A program made the position numbers and the translations under genes. The notes beneath the pieces were generated by a model. The model made no database searches and was not told the DNA's origin. It saw only the letters and a list, made by a program, of their open reading frames with translations. This document shows, in pieces, positions 49,901 through 60,834 of a DNA stretch of 64,000 bases (within the stretch, counting starts at the first letter, position 1; each line of letters begins with the position of its first letter). This DNA comes from Amoebophrya sp. A120. Lineage: Eukaryota > Protista > Dinoflagellata. The stretch lies in contig CAJINV010000008.1 of assembly GCA_905178155.1 (NCBI GenBank), positions 3,993,420 through 4,057,419 of the forward strand, in the 5' to 3' direction.

Positions 49901-52900
49901 CGTCGCAGAACACGTCCTTTTCCTCGGTGGTGCAGCCATTATACAACAACGAGGACCACTACACGACGACCACGAAGAACGGCGTTAGTGTAATCAAAGA
50001 GCGGGAATCCCGTCTCCAGGACCTGTATCAAATGCAAAAATGTCTGGGTCTGGAAGAATGCAACTTGTAATGCGTATTTCAGAACACAGAAAAGTTTCTC
50101 ATGCATACGTAGCAAAAGCTCCCACTTTTTGTCAGCAAAATAGGGGACTTGTCATGCGGATTCGGCATTGCGGAAGGTTCTCGAAACCTGTGATGCTAGA
50201 GCTTCCATGCCAGACCTTCTGTGTCATGCAAAAACAGCATGACTCTTCCAGACCCAGACATTTTTGCAATCCATAACCTGTCTCTGAACGCGACGAAGCT
50301 CTCCCAAATCGCAGCCCGGGAGGAGCAGATCGCCCGCGAGCAGGAGCTGGCTACCGCGCGCATCGCGATGGCGCGGGACCAGCGGCTCCGGGCGGAATTC
50401 CTACAGGAGTTGGATGACAGCGACGCGCAATACGTGCAAGCGCCGAGGCGGCTCAGTGCCTACTCGTCCTTGGAGCTGCAGCCTGGTGGTGGGGCGTCGT
50501 CCTCTTCGCAGTCCCCCGTGAAGATGCGAGGGACGTCGTCGAGAGGGCACCAAAATCAGCAAGGAGCCGCGACGACGAACATCAAGGGGCGTCTGGTGGA
50601 CTTGGTCGCGAACCGGAGCGGCGACGACAGCGCGAAAAGTGCCGCGTCGTCGAGTCGGGGAGGTAACAAGTGCAAGTACATTTTTTGATGCAATGTCATG
50701 TTGAGGTACTTACTACAGGGATACAAGATGCACCGGTGCGCCTTATCGTTATTCATGAGAGCGTAGAAAAATGCATGTCCTTGACGCATTTCGTTTTTCA
50801 TCATGTTTTCTTATGCAGAAGTCCTCGCTGTCGGTTCTGCTTGATGCGTCTCTTTTCAAGAAGAAGCCCCTCGATCTCGAACTCTCTTTCGTTCCTTGTT
50901 CCCTTGTTGTACCTAATAGAAATAGAACGCTACTCCCCAGATTTCGCCCGCATTTTTGCGAACAAGGCGGACTCGTCCTTGGAAATGCAGACCCAGCGGA
51001 ACCACGCCATATCAAATGCAAAAATGTATGGGTCTGGAAACTTGTAATGCTGATTTGTGAATAGTGAATTTTCTGTATATCTAATGCGCAGCCAACATGA
51101 GAGATTTTTGCGCGGCTTAGTGTTGCGCTTTCCGCATGACAAGCTGCGTTTGCATGACAAGCAAGAGGGTCTCTTTTTGGACACGCGTCACAAACTCTTC
51201 AGTCATGCCAGACAAGCATGACAAACCTTGCATCCTTCCAGACCCAGACATTTTTACACTTGATACGCCAGCAGCACCAGCGATTTTGGACGAGGAGGAG
51301 AGCCTTTTGTTCCTCCCTCAGCCCCGCCAAGCGACAACTTAGCCGCGACGAACTTTAGCATGCAAGACGCCCCGGAAGCGGGGCCGGAAGATCGCGAAGT
51401 GACGAAGCTGAACAAGTCCACCATAATATCCTCCCCGCGCTTGACGGCTACGCTTCTGCAGACACAGCCGCAACAGAATTCGGAGGACACCACTGGACGC
51501 ATCATTCGACCCCCTGCTTCTAGTGGTGCCGCTGACGCGATGACGAAAAGCTCTGCCAGCTCTGTGATCACCAACCCGCGGGCGCACCGGGCCTTCCGAA
51601 ATTTCTCCGACTCGGAAAGCGGCGCCGCGACGGAGATCATGGTGGATCAAGATCAGCCATCGCGCTCTGCTGTAGGGGCTAGTACAGTTGGCGCAGCTTA
51701 CGAGGATCGTACTAAAGATCATTCCGGCGCCCAGCTAACTGCGACGAATTTCGAAAGTATAAATCGCTCTGCGTTGGAAACCACGAAGGTCTTCAGAGAA
51801 TCGTCCGGTGCCGCAACAGATCTTAGGACGTCTTCGGAGTCCCTAAGCAACACGCGACTGCTGGACAACACGAGGCTGCAGAACGAGACGGCTACTGGTC
51901 TGGTCTCACGAACAGGACCCGAGCCCAGCTACACAACCAGCGTCAAGGATGACGTGCTGCTTGGAAGTACCAGTAACGCAGCGACGACCGTGATCTACGC
52001 AAATAATCCGAACACCATCGATAAAAGCATGAGCAGCAGCAGTGCCACGTCGCTGCAGCAGACGTCTTTCTTGCTGCAAACGCGCTTACCAGAAGATCGC
52101 GAGGCAACGTCGAATTTTGCGGGACAAATTGCACCACCAGCACCTCAGGACAGAATACCACCAGACACATCGCCGAAGTACGTGAATGCAGTTACTAGCA
52201 GCACCTCGACTTCTCTGCTGGCAAGCGCGCCCGCGCTCGTCCCCACGGTGCTTGTCGCGGAAAAAAACCTAGAAAAACCCTTTGAGCGAGGCTCCATTGC
52301 GAGCCTCCCCGGGGTAGTGCTGCACTCTAACTCTTTGGAAACCACGAAAATTTTCGACCGCCCTGGACCAGCCCCGGCGGGAAGTCGTGATGATGTTGCT
52401 AGTACCGCCAGCCGCGGGGTCCTCGGCGCGACGAAGCTGGAGTCTCAAGAACCTACTCAGTTAGACGCCACCGTTCTTGTTCAAACGCGCCTGGCTGACG
52501 AGGACGCCGAGATTGATGTTGCTGCGACCAATATCACAACGACCAAGCTCGAAGACAATCATGCCCAGGAAGGCACGACGACCTCGACGTCGACACCGCT
52601 CCCGGCCACGAACGGACTTGCAGGTCGTGCAGCTGGACTTCGCGACAACGACGCAGCTCTGTCGAGCAGCAGTGCCAGTACGCTGATAAACACGACCGCC
52701 ACTGTCTTGCTGCACAACAACGACGCTGCGCTTGACACAACCACAATCCTTCCGCGGGGTGGTGCTGGAAGTGAGCGTGAGACTAGTCCTGCTCTAGCAG
52801 CTGCAGCTCCCGGCGTTGTGCGAGAATCCATGGGATGGAACGTGTCCACCATCTTTCCCGTGGACGGAACGATTCTGCCTGAGCAAGAAACTACATTAAA

Positions 52901-54546
52901 TCGCAGTGGTACGAACAGCAAAATAGACGACAAGTCTTCATTTTTAGAGGATTTGCAGCCGAAAGATCAGACGAGGATAGAACTTCCATCAGGGGGAGCT
53001 CGTGCGGATGTTGGTGACAGAAGTAAAGTAGACATCAGCCTTACATCCGCATCTGACAAGACATCAATCGCTGCGGGGTCGGCCGCGGGGGCCGCAGGGG
53101 ATCTGAGCAAGACGGTTGATCTCGTCCCAGCGGACTTGACGGTGCTGGAAGTGAGGAGTTCTGCAGAGGTAGCAGGGAATAAAAGCGAAAATGTTATTGC
53201 GGGAGAACCATCATCGACTTCTCCACCAGACGCACGGGAAGGTCGTTTTCCAGAAGACAGGAGCAAAACTGTCGCACCACCGTCTGGGTCTGCAGCTCCA
53301 CCTCCACCACCTCCAGCTCCAGCTGCAACTCAGCAGAACGATCTTTCTGACTACTCCGACGACGATTTCGAGATTGAAGTTGATGATGAAGAGGACGACG
53401 AGTCGCCGAAGCCTGTTCTTGCAGGAGCTGCTCCTGCTCGAGGATCATCCCCACCGCCAGCGGCTCCGGTCGATGCAGCTGGTGGAAATGAACAAGATCC
53501 GCCAATTATAGCAGGAGGGAGTGCACGAGATGTTGAAGGGGACACGACTAATAGTACAAGTAACACGTCGTCGACCGCAACGAGAGCCCCCGCAGCTCCT
53601 CCTGCTCCACCGTCTCCTCCTGCGAAGAGAACAACTTCTCCAGACGACGTTCAAGTAGAACCCGTGGAACGAAAAACGGATAAACTTTTTTCTTTACTTA
53701 ACGACCAAAGTGAGGACGAAAGCGGGCTGGACGTGAGCGAGGTCGACGAACTATTGTCCAGTAAGGATAAGGACGGAAATGGATCGAAACCAGCTGCCGA
53801 CGTCAGTGCAGTCGGCGCTGCAGGAGGCCCACTTACTACGACGTCACAAGCAGCGGCCACTGCAGTTTTGGAACAGACGAGGCTGGGAAATACTACCACG
53901 GATGCCAGCGTTATAACAAATAACTCAGGGATGAAACAAGATCAAAAGCCACTAGACGCCACCGCCTTGCAGATGAATACGCGGCTAGACGATGTCGATG
54001 CGGACGACGAGCAGCAGGTTGACGCTTTGATTTCTGAAGAAATCGCCGTGTTTCAGCTAGATTCCAAAGACACCGTGGGGGGCACAAGTATGTTTCGCTT
54101 TTTTCTTTATGTTTCTGCCTGTGCAGTTATTTGATTGAAAATAGGACAGTGCACAGTTTGTTGCAGTTCCAGAATGAAGAAAAACCACAGCTGACTGCGA
54201 ATGGAGACATAGCGAGTTTATTTTCTACACGTTCGGCTATGCGATTGCGACAACATCAATGGCATTGGATCATTATCCATGAAGAGCAAGTGAGTAGCGC
54301 ATCACGGTGTTCGGCGTTAGATTTTTCAGTAGGACGAGTAGAAGGATTGAAATTGACGTTCATCATCGTCACCAAAAATAAACAGGCAACAAGAAACCCG
54401 GCACCGCGTCGGACTCTCCTTCTTCTCCGGGCGACCAGAGGGCGCAAGAAAACGTTCGAAATTACAACACGGCTGACCTGGACTTCAGCGACATTGATGA
54501 CGATCTCGAGGACATCTTCAACGAAGGTGGTGGAGAGGCGAAGTAA
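46930..54546 (+). CDS. DZIP1: DZIP1/Iguana-like ciliary basal-body protein (Dzip-like N domain, C2H2 zinc finger, coiled coil, long disordered tail)
   Basis: Exons 46930-47295, 47572-47641, 47903-50025, 50281-50662, 50941-51009, 51271-54087 and 54386-54546. Spliced FQFRPRAGRINWRYLQHLDID...NLTFAC...LLQLVTEYY and YQCPCCSKRFESQEFLQRHLARRH. Confidence 0.85.
47296..47566. mobile_element. Introner family A
   Basis: agcac|tatcaaatgcaaaagtgtctgggtc...gacccagacacatttgcatttgata|agcac. Confidence 0.95.
47642..47897. mobile_element. Introner family A
   Basis: cacgt|tatcaaatgtaaaaatgtctgggtctggaa...ttccagacccagacacttttacacttgata|cacgt. Confidence 0.95.
50026..50275. mobile_element. Introner family A
   Basis: acctg|tatcaaatgcaaaaatgtctgggtctggaaga...tcttccagacccagacatttttgcaatccata|acctg. 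Confidence 0.95.
51010..51265. mobile_element. Introner family A
   Basis: cgcca|tatcaaatgcaaaaatgtatgggtctggaa...ttccagacccagacatttttacacttgata|cgcca. Confidence 0.95.
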
Positions 54547-56183
54547 ACCCTTATGAGCACCATCGTCTAGCTCCTCTGGAACTGGATGCGTGCGGACAAA
54601 TTGGAGGTGCTTGTTGTCGAAGCAGGACAAGATCAAGAGTTCGCGGAGGTGTGAGCGTGATATATGGATTGCAACAAGCGCGAATAACAGTGATCGGCTA
54701 GCGCCAGCACGGAAGGCAGAGGAGCGGCGTACACAATCGTGATATGTAGTTAGCGCGTTTGCGTGAAGTTGTTGAAGCTAGGGCTACGAACAGCTACGCG
54801 AAGCCGAGGCGCATCAAGTGGCTTTTTCTTGAAGAACGCACGATCCAGTAGAAAGTTAGGAGAAGTCGTGCCTTTTTCCGAGTAGATCTAACTCTAAGTA
54901 CCTTCACCAGCGCATTATACAAGATTTTCTACTCCCGAATCTCCTTTCTAAGTAGCTGAGCGTGATCTTAGGTTGAACAGCATGATCACGCAGAACCGCT
55001 TGGAACTTCTACAGTGGCGATTTTACCACCACGAGGCCCCCGCCAACTGGTGCAGTCGTCCTTTTTCTTGTGCAATGTCGCACTGCTGTGCGTGTGAGGA
55101 AAGTTGACGCAAAACAAGAGGACGGAGATGACGATATGGAAAAAAAAAGCATACATAGCTATCAGAAGAAGGTAAGTACGCACTTGCTTGGCGGTGTGAT
55201 TTTGTTGACTCGCAGGTGGTAGTGCGAGCACGACTCGCAGATCTTCGTGTGACAATCGGTATCGTCAGCTTAAGAATCTGTTTGTTCGCCAAATGAGAGG
55301 AGGTCCTTGTTCGCATCCAAAGCCAGCATAGTGTTGCGAAACGGCTTGCAATAACAATTTTCGCGAACACAAAAATCACGAGAACTACATAGCCCGACGT
55401 GGACGACTCTTTTTTTCATTTTCCTACAATACCATATACAATTACTTCAACCACGGTACAATTACGAAGTACTATGCTAGTCAATATGAGAGGCTATCAG
55501 TTGGTGTTGGAATTATGACAATAGATCCACGTTTGTCTCCGAGGAAGTACTAGTTTGCCTTCAACATAGTCGACAGCAACCGCATTGCGTTCAAAATTAA
55601 TCTTGTACTTGTTACGGTTACGGATACGGATCCCAGGAGTCCTTCTCCTTTTCATTTTGTTTCTCGAATTACAGCATGATGACATGGTCCTTCAAATTTT
55701 TGCATCCCACTTGCTTAGTCGGTTGGAATCCCACTAGAAGTTGTGCACTAGTAGAACTAGATTTTCACAAGTGCAGCTCTTTATTGGGCTCCTCTACTGC
55801 CTCGAGAAGAAGTTTACTACGTACATTTTCAGTTGATCCCTTTTCTTTGTCCAGCTGATATTCAAACAATTGACTTGCCGGATCCAAAAATCAATTGACT
55901 TGCCGGAATAAGGGACCGCGTTTTTCAGTTCTGATTCTGCTCGTCAATCTGGAGCTGTAGACGACTTCTTCTTCTACAACCACCTTTTCCTATCGATTCC
56001 GTCACCACGAGGACATTCTCGACGACGGAAAGAACCTCCCCGACAAGGACTTTTTCGGCCCACGACCACGGCGGTTGCAGGTTGTAGTTTTACCAGATAC
56101 AACCACGAGGACTGAGAGCAGTGAGTTGTTTCCACGCGCGGCAGGACTTCTGTCAAGCTGTCAACCCAAGAAGGAGCAAGAAG

Positions 56184-57963
56184 ATGGGGGGCGTCGACCA
56201 GAAAATGTCGAGCCTCGGCACATCTCCTGACCCGACGGCCAAGAAGATTTCGCTGGAAAACGCAACCAAGCAATTCGTCGACGGCTTTCTGGCCAAAACG
56301 CTGAAAACTCACCCCTACGTATCCGATTTCGAAAAACTGGGCCCATACGACCCCTGAGTTACGAGAAGATGGGAACCTTGCAAAACAAATCCAAGACTTA
56401 TTTTGGAGCTCGTCGCACTCAGGCGTTACAAGTTTATTCAGTTTGGGGATGCAGTGTTGTAGAAGTCGTTCCGACGAGCTAGAGCTTCTTGTGGTCCAGA
56501 TGCATTACAGGCATACTCTCTCTTTATCCTGGTTAGCGCATGACAGATTTCTAAACATACACATAAGTAGCTAGATGAAAACGATGTCTCGTTCCATGCG
56601 GAGCCACGTCAGAGATCCGATATTCACTCTGTCTTCGGCTTTGGCATGCAGATTTGCATGATCATTGTGGGGTCGTCGTGGGGACGTTTTTACTTCGGAT
56701 GCTACGCGTGCTGCGTGGATGCAAAAACCGGGCGAATCATCGCTGTCACAAAGAAGTGGCAGAAACTCTACCTGTGCAAGGAGGTATGCATTCTTGTAAA
56801 AGCATCGCACCGGTCGTGAAATGACAATTTTTTTTCGAAAGCAAAAATGGAGCTTGGCTCTACATCTAATTCGGCCTAGTCAGGACAAGGCCATTTCTTG
56901 TCAACAACACGCAGTGAGTTTGCGATTTATTTGCAGTGTGCGGCTGTACTTTTGCAATGCATAGGTGGACCCTACGGGGAAGAAGCTGAAAGAGGTCACC
57001 CAGCGCAACAAGTACCACAACAGTGTCTTTAAAGAGAACGGGCTCTCCTCCTTTCTGAAGAACCCGACCAAGCGCGAATGGGTCGGCGAAGAGGTGTGGT
57101 GCGACGGCACCAACGAGCTGCTGTTCTTTCTCAAGCGCCCGAAGACAAGCAAGCGCCCGAAGACAAGCATGAGCAACGGGGCGCTGGAATGGGACATGAA
57201 CTCGGTGAACGAGGCAACGCGCTGCCTCTTTGTCGGGCAAAACGTCTTACCGGCCGCCCCCTTTCGGGAGGCGCACAACAACACCTGTCACATTCCGGGA
57301 GAGGCTATCTGCCGCGAAAATATCGTACTCATACTTCTCAAATTGTAGTCATGCCGCGTGACAGATCTTTCTATCTCTTTCGTAAGGTGACTGAGCATAA
57401 TGCTAATTTCGCGTTTCAGTTAAATTTGCATAAGTATGCACTTCATGGATATTAAATTCATATTGCTTGCTAGTACGATAACGATACTTTTGCAATGCAT
57501 AAAGGGCAAGACCTGCAGTATCATGATGTCGGTGCTGCTGGCCGAGAATCGCGACGGCTCGAAGCCTATCAACCGCAAATATGTCCGGGGTTTGAAAGAA
57601 AAATGCACTTGCCTGTCATGCATCTTCTGGAATACGTAGAAAGATGAGCTGGAATGGACGCAAAGCTTCGGGGGTTTTCCGAAGGCTTCTTGATGCCGCA
57701 TGGGAAACTCGCTCTTTTCGTAACGCGAAATGGGAAACTGTTGGCACTTCTAATGCAAGACAGATTTTTTTTTTGTCTGCATCTGCTGCAATGAATCAAT
57801 TCGAGAGTTAGCATGAATTCAAATTCAGACATACTTCCAACGCATAAACACCTTGGTGTATCTGATGGAGCCCATGGTTGAAACGATCATGGCCGATCAC
57901 GAAGCGGACTGGTTTTTTGACACCAGCCTGCCAGCCACTTACTCTCAGGGACTCGTCAATTAG
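56184..57963 (+). CDS. Hypothetical protein with a PAS-like N-terminal region
   Basis: Exons ~56184-56319, 56707-56784, 56969-57305, 57507-57566 and 57852-57963. Spliced HPYACCVDAKTGRIIAVTKKWQKLY...PTGKKLKEV resembles a PAS fold start, judged by eye. Confidence 0.6.
56320..56701. mobile_element. Introner family E-like
   Basis: ctacg|tatccga...ggggacgtttttacttcggatg|ctacg. Confidence 0.8.
56785..56963. mobile_element. Introner family B-like
   Basis: ggagg|tatgcatt...acttttgcaatgcata|ggtgg; GT-AG 56784-56964 is also possible. Confidence 0.75.
57306..57501. mobile_element. Introner family B
   Basis: gaggc|tatctgccgcgaaaatatcgt...acgatacttttgcaatgcata|aaggg; a GC-AG register exists. Confidence 0.75.
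57567..57846. mobile_element. Degenerate introner family A
   Basis: aagcc|tatcaaccgcaaatatgtccggggtttgaa...ttcaaattcagacatacttccaacgcata|aacac; frame restored. Confidence 0.7.
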
Positions 57964-58539
57964 CACGTACGACATTCACTCGCTCGCCTAAAGAAGCTCC
58001 AAGCACGCGACTACTATTTTGACTCCATGTATGTATGTACTAAAAAAAGAATACGCGGAGGCGGTTTGGTATTTTTCAAAACTAACTACACGACCAGCAG
58101 AATGAGCTATAATTATAGCAATCCCACTAGTACTTGTGCATTCTGCATCTTATGAAGAACAACGCTGGCGTCAAAAACATTCGTATTGCTCACTACATAC
58201 GTCAAGAACTGCGTGGCGTGACAGCAGTAAAATCTTCGAGCTCGCCGGCATCATATATTATGAACGCTCTAAATTTGTTAGGCCACCAAGGTGGAGGTTG
58301 TTGTAACAAGATTGGAGTTTCTTCTAAATTTTCCGCACGATGGTCCCAGCCTAGTGCTTACACTTACTTGACTGCTTGGTCGAGGGTAATACTTACTTAT
58401 TGTTAGGCAAGATATGAAATCCACCAGGATCATAAGCCAAGCAAATTCCCTACGACCTAAATTGAATGCCCATTGAAATCAGGCTCTAAGTTTGTCGCTC
58501 AAATTTAGATCCAATGTGAAGTCAGCATGTTCATACAAA

Positions 58540-59106
58540 TGAACCAAAATGAAGCTCATTCTAATCCCACACTGTAAGCTAGTGACGATCAACGATGGTT
58601 GATCGGATTTCTCATAAATTTAGGGTGATTAGAACAAATTTGAAGTTTCATGGTGTACCCCCACAGGCTTTGACGCTAGTCCAAATTGACTATTGATTGC
58701 GATTAAGAAACACTGAATCTCACCTAGATTCTACTTGAGATTCAAGATGGCCAGTGTTCACACCGCCCGCGTTTCTTCGTCGTTGATTGTAGTAACCGCC
58801 TAGGTTTCTAACATTCTAGCGCCAAAGCCTTGAGCCAAAACGAAGCTCATTCTAATCCCACGCTGTAAGCTAGTGATGATCAACGATGGTTGATCGGATT
58901 TCTCATAAATTTAGGGCGATTAGAACAAATTTGAAGTTTCATGGTGTACCCCCACAGGCTTTGACGCTAGTCCAAATTGACTATTGATTGCGATTAAGAA
59001 ACACTGAATCTCACCTAGATTCTACTTGAAATCCAAGATGGCCAGTGTTCACACCGCCCGCGTTTCTTCGTCGTTGATTGTAGTAACCGCCTAGGTTTCT
59101 AACATT
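58540..59106 (+). repeat. Tandem duplication with 291-bp period
   Basis: 58540-58815 and 58831-59106 are nearly identical (a handful of substitutions). Confidence 0.95.
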
Positions 59107-60834
59107 TATCTGCGCCCTCACTGAAAGAGCGACGACCTCCTCTGGAAGTAGATTAGATCTTCTTGGAGCTGGCCGTTGCTAAAGCGATCACTTTATTCTG
59201 GACTGCGAGCAAATACTTCTTGCTCCTTTAAAACACCCTAGAACAAAGGAGCTGAGCATTGCCCACACATTGCTGTTACTCTATAATGGTGCGAGCGTAT
59301 CGCACTAGTTTTGCAGTGCTGGATACCCTACAGTCAACGATGAAAAAAATTGTAGATTAATTATAAATCTTCAACACTACTGAGCTGAAATCACATCTGC
59401 GCTGGACGAGCTGACCACTTTCAGGCTGCGATTGAACGCGACAGAGGCAAAAGCACACGGCGGGAAAAATTACTGTAAAGAAAAAGAAAAATTTAAACAC
59501 TTCTAGTTCTATTGTGATTTTCATCTTCAATTGAATACTTCACATGATGAGTAGTATCAAATATGAAGATCCTACATGGATGCGTACGCATCCGCGTGTG
59601 TTGCCGGATGACCATATCTTATTCTCCTAGATAGTAGCGAGAAAAACAAAAAGATGAGAAAGCGACATGTAGTTACATAAACAAACTGCAATTTTTATCT
59701 AAAGTTGCCTTCAAAAAAGCTTCTCGACGAACCAAGAGAAACAGACTAGTGTTAGACAAGAGCTATTACCTTTCCCGAGCAAGACAACTGAAATATATAA
59801 CGTGGAGCGACACCGACACTTTCTTCTTGATACGAATCTCAACAAGACTCTGGGCTAGTTTTACTAGTATGGCCGGACTCGAAGAAACCTTCGCGCATTG
59901 CGAAGAACCCTTCGCGCAGAGCAACTGCAGAACGAGTGTTTCCCTGGCGGAGTGTATGCCCTTGAGGACACCAGTAGCACAACGAACTCCGCCATGGCCT
60001 CCTCGGAGGGAGTCATTGTCATCTATCGCCATCGCATTAAATTTCTGTAGCAAGCGTTCCGCCAACATCAAAGAACCTCGGTCGTGACAAGAACAAGAAG
60101 AACTTCTCGGAACAAGATAAGTCATTGCATAAATACTGGACCCGGAAGATCCATCTGGATCCGTCTGTTGTAAGTGTTTACTCCGTAATCAACAGCTGCC
60201 ACTGCGCATCAATTTTCTAGACTTCGATCGGTCGACCCACAGTAAGCGGCGCAGCAGTTCATCGTGGCCCACTGCCAGTGCTATTTCTTTGATGTGCCTG
60301 GAGTTGTAGAGCGGAATAACTAGTATAGATTGAAATATCATAGACGATTCGTAGCTCGTGCAAGACGACCAATCGGAACACGCATCTCCCTCGTCATCGT
60401 TCGTGTTGTCCCTAGTACATCGTTGCTCGTTTTTTTTCTCTTTGGTTCTTTGTTGGAATTGGAAAAAAGAATATTGGTGGACGATCGCAATTTATTGTCT
60501 GAAGTTACACCGCGAAGATCAAGATTTTATTGCTGTTGGAGCTGCTTGAAGTATTTATTTCACGACCACTCCCGCATGTCCTCTTGGAACCGTGGTTGAC
60601 GGTTTCAACCAGCAGTGCGTCGAGTGCTGCTAACTTGGAAATGAGCTTTATTTCGCAGCAAGAGCAAACATCTGCAGCTGCGTCCGCCGCCGCTCCTGAG
60701 TTATAGGCGCCCGTTTACCGTCACCACTCCTACCAGCCGTATTATCGACGACCGACACAACAACTGGTGACTGAAGCAGCTGGCTCTTTTAGTACTGCGA
60801 CAATTATCATCTTCATCACACTCACAAGAAAATC

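Noticed and set aside
7641-54636. Long minus-strand ORFs (e.g. 7641-8333, 30163-30957, 32298-33002)
   Set aside because: Antisense shadows of GC3-rich plus-strand exons.
56349-56360. CCC-TGA as an antizyme-like +1 frameshift site
   Set aside because: It lies inside introner 56320-56701, whose removal already restores the frame.
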